Shown: positions 57,401 to 64,000 of the stretch, in pieces
Layout of the letters: the number at the start of each line of letters is the position of its first letter
How positions within the stretch are numbered: position 1 is the first letter of the stretch
DNA from: Auanema rhodensis
Taxonomy: Eukaryota; Animalia; Nematoda
Direction of reading: 5' to 3'
DNA length: 64,000 nucleotides
Assembly (NCBI GenBank): GCA_964057225.1
Contig: OZ059900.1
Coordinates: 2,418,001 to 2,482,000 of the forward strand
Program-made: the position numbers and the translations under genes
The notes under the pieces: model-generated
Told to the model about the DNA's origin: nothing
Database searches by the model: none
The model's input: only the letters and a program-made list of their open reading frames with translations

Positions 57401-60400
57401 ATCATATTCGGTGAGATTCGAGAATCAAACACACAATACACGAAATAAGTTTATTTTGACGAGTTTGCACTGGTATTCATTCATTTTGATCAAAAAAGGT
57501 CGAAAATAGAAAGAATTTTTGAATTTTCCGAGTTTTGAGTCCAATTGGGCTAAATCGCTCATATATATGATCAAAAGCATAGTTTTACTGTCTATGATAA
57601 CAAAAGTCTTCAAATATACACTAATAATGATTGAATCACTGAATTTCACTCAAATAGCATTACTACACTAAGTATGGTCGTTTTTATGCCTTTAACACCA
57701 TATACTCACCGATTTTTGGTACAAAATCTGTAATACTCGTAAAATTTGATCATATTTGTTAAGATTTGAGAATCAAACACACAATACACAAAATCAGTCT
57801 ATTTTTATGAGTTTACACTGATATATATTCATTTTCATCAAAAAAGGTCGAAAATAGAAAGAATTTTTGAAATTTCCGAGTTTTGAGTCGAATTGGGCTA
57901 AATCGCTCATATATATGATCAAAAGCATAGTTTTACTGTCTATGATAACAAAAGTCTTCAAATATACACTAATAATGATTAAATCACTGAATTTCACTCA
58001 AATAGCATTACTACACTAAGTATGGTCGTTTTTATGCCTTTAACACCATATACTCACCGATTTTTGGTACAAAATCTGTAATACTCGTAAATTTTCATCA
58101 TATCCGTTAAGATTCGAGAATCAAACACACAATACACGAAATAAGTTTATTTTTACGAGTTTGCACTGATATTTATTCATTTTGATCAAAAAAGGTCGAA
58201 AATAGAAAGAATTTTTGAATTTTCCGAGTTTTGAGTCCAATTGGGCTAAATCGCTCATATATATGATCAAAAGCATAGTTTTATTGTCTATAACAACAAA
58301 AGTCATCAATTAAACGCTAGTGATGTTTAAATACTGAATTTCGCTCAAATAGCATGACTACACTAAGTATGGTCGTTTTTATGCCTTTAACACCATATAC
58401 TCACCGATTTTTGGTACAAAATCTGTAATACTCGTAAATTTTGATCATATTCGTTAAGATTTGAGAATCAAACATACAATACACAAAATCAGTCTATTTT
58501 TATGAGCTTGCACTGATATATATTCATTTTGATCAAAAAAAGTCGAAAATAGAAAGAATTTTTGAAATTTCCGAGTTTTGAGTCTAATTTGGCTAAATCG
58601 CTCATATATATGATCAAAAACATAGTTTTATTGTCTATGACAACAAAAGTCATCAATTAAACGCTAGTGATGTTTAAATACTGAATTTCGCTCAAATAGC
58701 ATTACTACACTAAGTATGGTCGTTTTTATGCCTTTAACACCATATACTCACCGATTTTTGGTACAAAATCTGTAATACTCGTAAATTTTGATCATATCCG
58801 TTAAGATTCGAGAATCAAACACACAATACACGAAATAAGTTTATTTTTACGAGTTTGCACTGGTATTTATTCATTTTGATCAAAAAAGGTCGAAAATAGA
58901 AAGAATTTTTGAAATTTCCGAGTTTTGAGTCTAATTTGGCTAAATCGCTCATATATATGATCAAAAGCATAGTTTTACTGTCTATGATAACAAAAGTCCT
59001 CAAATATACACTAATAATGATTGAATCACTGAATTTCACTCAAATAGCATTACTACACTAAGTATGGTCGTTTTTATGCCTTTAACACCATATACTCACC
59101 GATTTTTGGTACAAAATCTGTAATACTCGTAAATTTTGTTCATATTCGGTGAGATTCGAGAATCAAACACACAATACACGAAATAAGTTTATTTTGACGA
59201 GTTTGCACTGGTATTTATTCATTTTGATCAAAAAAGGTCGAAAATAGAAAGAATTTTTGAATTTTCCGAGTTTTGAGTCCAATTGGGCTAAATCGCTCAT
59301 ATATATGATCAAAAGCATAGTTTTATTGTCTATAACAACAAAAGTCATCAATTAAACGCTAGTGATGTTTAAATACTGAATTTCGCTCAAATAGCATTAC
59401 TACACTAAGTATGGTCGTTTTTATGCCTTTAACACCATATACTCACCGATTTTTGGTACAAAATCTGTAATACTCGTAAATTTTGATCATATTCGTTAAG
59501 ATTTGAGAATCAAACATACAATACACAAAATCAGTCTATTTTTATGAGCTTGCACTGATATATATTCATTTTGATCAAAAAAGGTCGAAAATAGAAAGAA
59601 TTTTTGAAATTTCCGAGTTTTGAGTCTAATTTGGCTAAATCGCTCATATATATGATCAAAAGCATAGTTTTATTGTCTATGACAACAAAAGTCATCAATT
59701 AAACGCTAGTGATGTTTAAATACTGAATTTCGCTCAAATAGCATTACTACACTAAGTATGGTCGTTTTTATGCCTTTAACACCATATACTCACCGATTTT
59801 TGGTACAAAATCTGTAATACTCGTAAATTTTGATCATATTCGGTGAGATTCGAGAATCAAACACACAATACACGAAATAAGTTTATTTTGACGAGTTTGC
59901 ACTGGTATTTATTCATTTTGATCAAAAAAGGTCGAAAATAGAAAGAATTTTTGAATTTTCCGAGTTTTGAGTCCAATTGGGCTAAATCGCTCATATATAT
60001 GATCAAAAGCATAGTTTTACTGTCTATGATAACAAAAGTCTTCAAATATACACTAATAATGATTGAATCACTGAATTTCACTCAAATAGCATTACTACAC
60101 TAAGTATGGTCGTTTTTATGCCTTTAACACCATATACTCACCGATTTTTGGTACAAAATCTGTGATACTCGTAAATTTTGATCATATTCGGTGAGATTCG
60201 AGAATCGAACACACAATACACAAAATAAGTCTATTTTTACGAGTTTGCACTGATATTTATTCATTTTGATCAAAAAAGGTCGAAAATAGAAAGAATTTTT
60301 GAAATTTCCGAGTTTTGAGTCTAATTTGGCTAAATCGCTCATATATATAATCAAAAGCATAGTTTTACTGTCTATGATAACAAAAGTCTTCAAATATACA

Positions 60401-61213
60401 CTAATAATGTGTAAATCACTGAATTTCACTCAAATAGCTTTACTACACTAAGTATGGTCGTTTTTATGCCTTTAACACCATATACTCACCGATTTTTGGT
60501 ACAAAATCTGTAATACTTGTAAATTTTGATCATATTCGTTAAGATTTGAGAATCAAACATACAATACACAAAATCAGTCTATTTTTATGAGCTTGCACTG
60601 ATATATATTCATTTTGATCAAAAAAGGTCGAAAATAGAAAGAATTTTTGAATTTTCCGAGTTTTGAGTCCAATTGGGCTAAATCGCTCATATATATGATC
60701 AAAAGCATAGTTTTACTGTCTATGATAACAAAAGTCTTCAAATATACACTTATAATGTGTAAATCACTGAATTTCACTCAAATAGCTTTACTACACTAAG
60801 TATGGTCGTTTTTATGCCTTTAACACCATATACTCACCGATTTTTGGTACAAAATCTGTAATACTTGTAAATTTTGATCATATTTGTTAAGATTCGAGAA
60901 TCAAACACATAATACACAAAATAAGTCTATTTTTACAAGTTTGCACTGATATTTATTCATTTTGATCAAAAAAGGTCGAAAATAGAAAGAATTTTTGAAT
61001 TTTCCGAGTTTTGAGTCCAATTGGGCTAAATCGCTCATATATATGATCAAAAGCATAGTTTCACTGTCTATGATAACAAAAGTCTTCAAATATACACTAG
61101 TAATGATTAAATCACTGAATTTCACTCAAATAGCTTTACTACACTAAGTATGGTCGTTTTTATGCCTTTAACACCATATACTCACCGATTTTTGGTACAA
61201 AATCTGTAATACT
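51412..61213 (+). repeat. Copy 2 of the ~10-kb duplication (28 monomers; one monomer shorter)
   Basis: The ORF series 52219-60901 mirrors 42148-51177. The offset drops from 10071 to 9724 at 57250-57280. Confidence 0.93.
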
Positions 61214-62529
61214 CGTAAATTTTGATCATATCCGTTAAGATTCGAGAATCAAACACACAATACACGAAATAAGTTTATTTTTACGAGTCTGCACTGATAT
61301 TTATTCATTTTGATCAAAAAAGGTCGAAAATAGAAAGAATTTTTGAAATTTCCGAGTTTTGAGTCTAATTTGGCTAAATCGCTCATATATATGATCAAAA
61401 GCATAGTTCTATTGTCTATAACAACAAAAGTCTTTGATTAAACGCTAGTGATGTTTTAATACTGAATTTTGCTCAAATAGCATTACTACACTAAGTATGG
61501 TCGTTTTTATGCCTTTAACACCATATACTCACCGATTTTTGGTACAAAATCTGTAATACTTGTAAATTTTGATCATATTCGTTAAGATTCGAAAATCAAA
61601 CACACAATACACGAAATAAGTTTATTTTTACAAGTTTGCACTGATATTTATTCATTTTGATCGAAAAAGGTCGAAAATAGAAAGAATTTTTGAAATTTCC
61701 GAGTTTTGAGTCTAATTTGGCTAAATCGCTCATATATATGATCAGAAGCATAGGTGTATTGTCTATGACAACAAAAGTCATTAATTAAACACTAATGATG
61801 TTTAAATCACTAAATTTCGCTCTAATAGCATTACTACACTAAGTATGGTCGTTTTTATACCTTCAACACCATATACTCACCGATTTTTGGTACAAAATCT
61901 GTGATACTCGTAAATTTTGATCATATTCGTTAAGATTTGAGAATCAAACACACAATACACAATATCAGTCTATTTTTATGAGCTTGCACTGATATATATT
62001 CATTTTGATCAAAAAAGGTCGAAAATAGAAAGAATTTTTGAATTTTCCGAGTTTTGAGTCCAATTGGGCTAAATCGCTCATATATATGATCAAAAGCATA
62101 GTTTTACTGTCTATGATAACAAAAGTCTTCAAATATACACTAATAATGATTGAATCACTGAATTTCACTCAAATAGCATTACTACACTAAGTATGGTCGT
62201 TTTTATGCCTTTAACACCATATACTCACCGATTTTTGGTACAAAATCTGTAATACTCGTAAATTTTGATCATATTCGTTAAGATTTGAGAATCAAACATA
62301 CAATACACAAAATCAGTCTATTTTTATGAGCTTGCACTGATATATATTCATTTTGATCAAAAAAGGTCGAAAATAGAAAGAATTTTTGAATTTTCCGAGT
62401 TTTGAGTCTAATTTGGCTAAATCGCTCATATATATGATCAAAAGCATAGTTTCACTGTCTATGATAACAAAAGTCTTCAAATATACACTAGTAATGATTA
62501 AATCACTGAATTTCACTCAAATAGCTTTA

Positions 62530-64000
62530 CTACACTAAGTATGGTCGTTTTTATGCCTTTAACACCATATACTCACCGATTTTTGGTACAAAATCTGTGA
62601 TACTCGTAAATTTTGATCATATTCGGTGAGATTCGAGAATCGAACACACAATACACAAAATAAGTCTATTTTTACGAGTTTGCACTGATATTTATTCATT
62701 TTGATCAAAAAAGGTCGAAAATAGAAAGAATTTTTGAAATTTCCGAGTTTTGAGTCTAATTTGGCTAAATCGCTCATATACATGATCAGAAGCATAGTTT
62801 TATTGTCTATGACAACAAAAATCATCAATTAAACGCTAGTGATGTTTAAATACTGATTTTCGCTCAAATAGCATTACTACACTAAGTATGGTCGTTTTTA
62901 TGCCTTTAACACCATATACTCACCGATTTTTGGTACAAAATCTGTAATACTCGTGAATTTTGATCATATTCGTTAAGATTTGAAAATCAAACACACAATA
63001 AACAAAATCAGTCTATTTTTACAAGTTTGCACTGATATATATTCATTTTGATCAAAAAAGGTCGAAAATAGAAAGAATTTTTGAATTTTCCGAGTTTTGA
63101 GTCCAATTGGGCTAAATCGCTCATATATATGATCAAAAGCATAGTTTTACTGTCTATGATAACAAAAGTCTTCAAATATACACTAGTAATGATTAAATCA
63201 CTGAATTTCACTCAAATAGCTTTACTACACTAAGTATGGTCGTTTTTATGCCTTTAACACCATATACTCACCGATTTTTGGTACAAAATCTGTAATACTC
63301 GTAAATTTTGATCATATCCGTTAAGATTCGAGAATCAAACACACAATACACGAAATAAGTCTATTTTTATGAGCTTGCACTGATATATATTCATTTTGAT
63401 CAAAAAAGGTCGAAAATAGAAAGAATTTTTGAAATTTCCGAGTTTTGAGTCTAATTTGGCTAAATCGCTCATATATATGATCAAAAGCATAGTTCTATTG
63501 TCTATAACAACAAAAGTCTTTGATTAAACGCTAGTGATGTTTTAATACTGAATTTTGCTCAAATAGCATTACTACACTAAGTATGGTCGTTTTTATGCCT
63601 TTAACACCATATACTCACCGATTTTTGGTACAAAATCTGTGATACTCGTAAATTTTGATCATATTCGGTGAGATTCGAGAATCGAACACACAATACACAA
63701 AATAAGTCTATTTTTACGAGTTTGCACTGATATTTATTCATTTTGATCAAAAAAGGTCGAAAATAGAAAGAATTTTTGAAATTTCCGAGTTTTGAGTCTA
63801 ATTTGGCTAAATCGCTCATATACATGATCAGAAGCATAGTTTTATTGTCTATGACAACAAAAATCATCAATTAAACGCTAGTGATGTTTAAATACTGATT
63901 TTCGCTCAAATAGCATTACTACACTAAGTATGGTCGTTTTTATGCCTTTAACACCATATACTCACCGATTTTTGGTACAAAATCTGTAATACTCGTGAAT
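62530..64000 (+). repeat. Trimer-offset (1042-bp) duplication running off the window end
   Basis: The private variant atacatgatc occurs at 62781/63823, ctcgtgaat at ~62955/63997, and identical 89-aa ORFs at 62559/63601. Confidence 0.8.

Larger units (their letters stand above)
1..64000. repeat. Tandem satellite DNA array, 347/348-bp AT-rich monomer, ~184 head-to-tail copies; extends beyond both window edges; probably centromeric/pericentromeric
   Basis: The motif gtatggtcgtttttatgcctttaacaccatatactcaccgatttttggtacaaaatctgt recurs every 347-348 bp from 37 to 63928. The span of 63891 bp equals 141x347 + 43x348. The ORF track repeats at the same period. The centromeric assignment is inference from unit size, AT content and homogeneity. 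Confidence 0.99.

Noticed and set aside
159-63870. About 105 short minus-strand ORFs (61-101 aa; MKFSD.../MMTFVV...) as a tandem multigene or diversified peptide family
   Set aside because: They are the same frame of the satellite monomer. They use non-ATG starts (GTG/TTG), start and stop positions change with the SNP or 1-bp indel state, many monomers lack an ORF above threshold, the composition (F/K/I/L/N) just reflects AT-rich DNA, and I recognise no domain.
27-63990. CRISPR-like array (conserved ~70-bp repeat alternating with variable segments)
   Set aside because: The intervening ~278 bp are homologous between units and are not unique spacers. The sizes are far outside the CRISPR range, and there are no cas genes or leader.
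1-64000. Tandem 5S rRNA, tRNA, snRNA or spliced-leader gene array (similar unit length)
   Set aside because: There is no recognisable 5S or tRNA sequence or pol III box, and GC is only ~27%. The conserved box does not match a structured RNA I know. An Rfam/Infernal search would settle any residual doubt.
1-64000. Programmed cassette-shuffling system (shufflon, DGR or antigenic variation)
   Set aside because: No recombinase, reverse transcriptase, expression site or inversion is present. Ordinary unequal exchange or gene conversion in satellite DNA explains the mosaicism.
1-64000. Embedded transposon, inversion or unique island
   Set aside because: The monomer count and lengths account for the span exactly, and all ORF-track hits stay on one strand and in register.

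Overview
The whole 64 kb window is one uninterrupted head-to-tail array of an AT-rich satellite DNA (about 27% GC counted in monomer 1). The monomer is 347 or 348 bp and there are about 184 copies, all in the same orientation. I see no genes, transposon insertions, inversions or unique sequence. The roughly 105 short minus-strand ORFs are by-products of the repeat. The architecture is typical of eukaryotic centromeric or pericentromeric heterochromatin, but I cannot name the family or species from sequence alone. The internal structure is the interesting part. (1) The monomer looks like an ancient diverged dimer of about 179 + 169 bp. (2) It has a ~70 bp nearly invariant block plus biallelic cassettes that recombine freely. 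(3) Length is strictly conserved apart from one 1-bp indel. (4) There are nested higher-order duplications of 3, 5, 12 and 28-29 monomers, including a near-perfect ~10 kb tandem duplication with an exact one-monomer deletion. (5) The window is layered, with a homogeneous 347-bp core flanked by more diverse 348-rich zones that share rare variants. I found no evidence for a novel protein-coding or CRISPR-like system.
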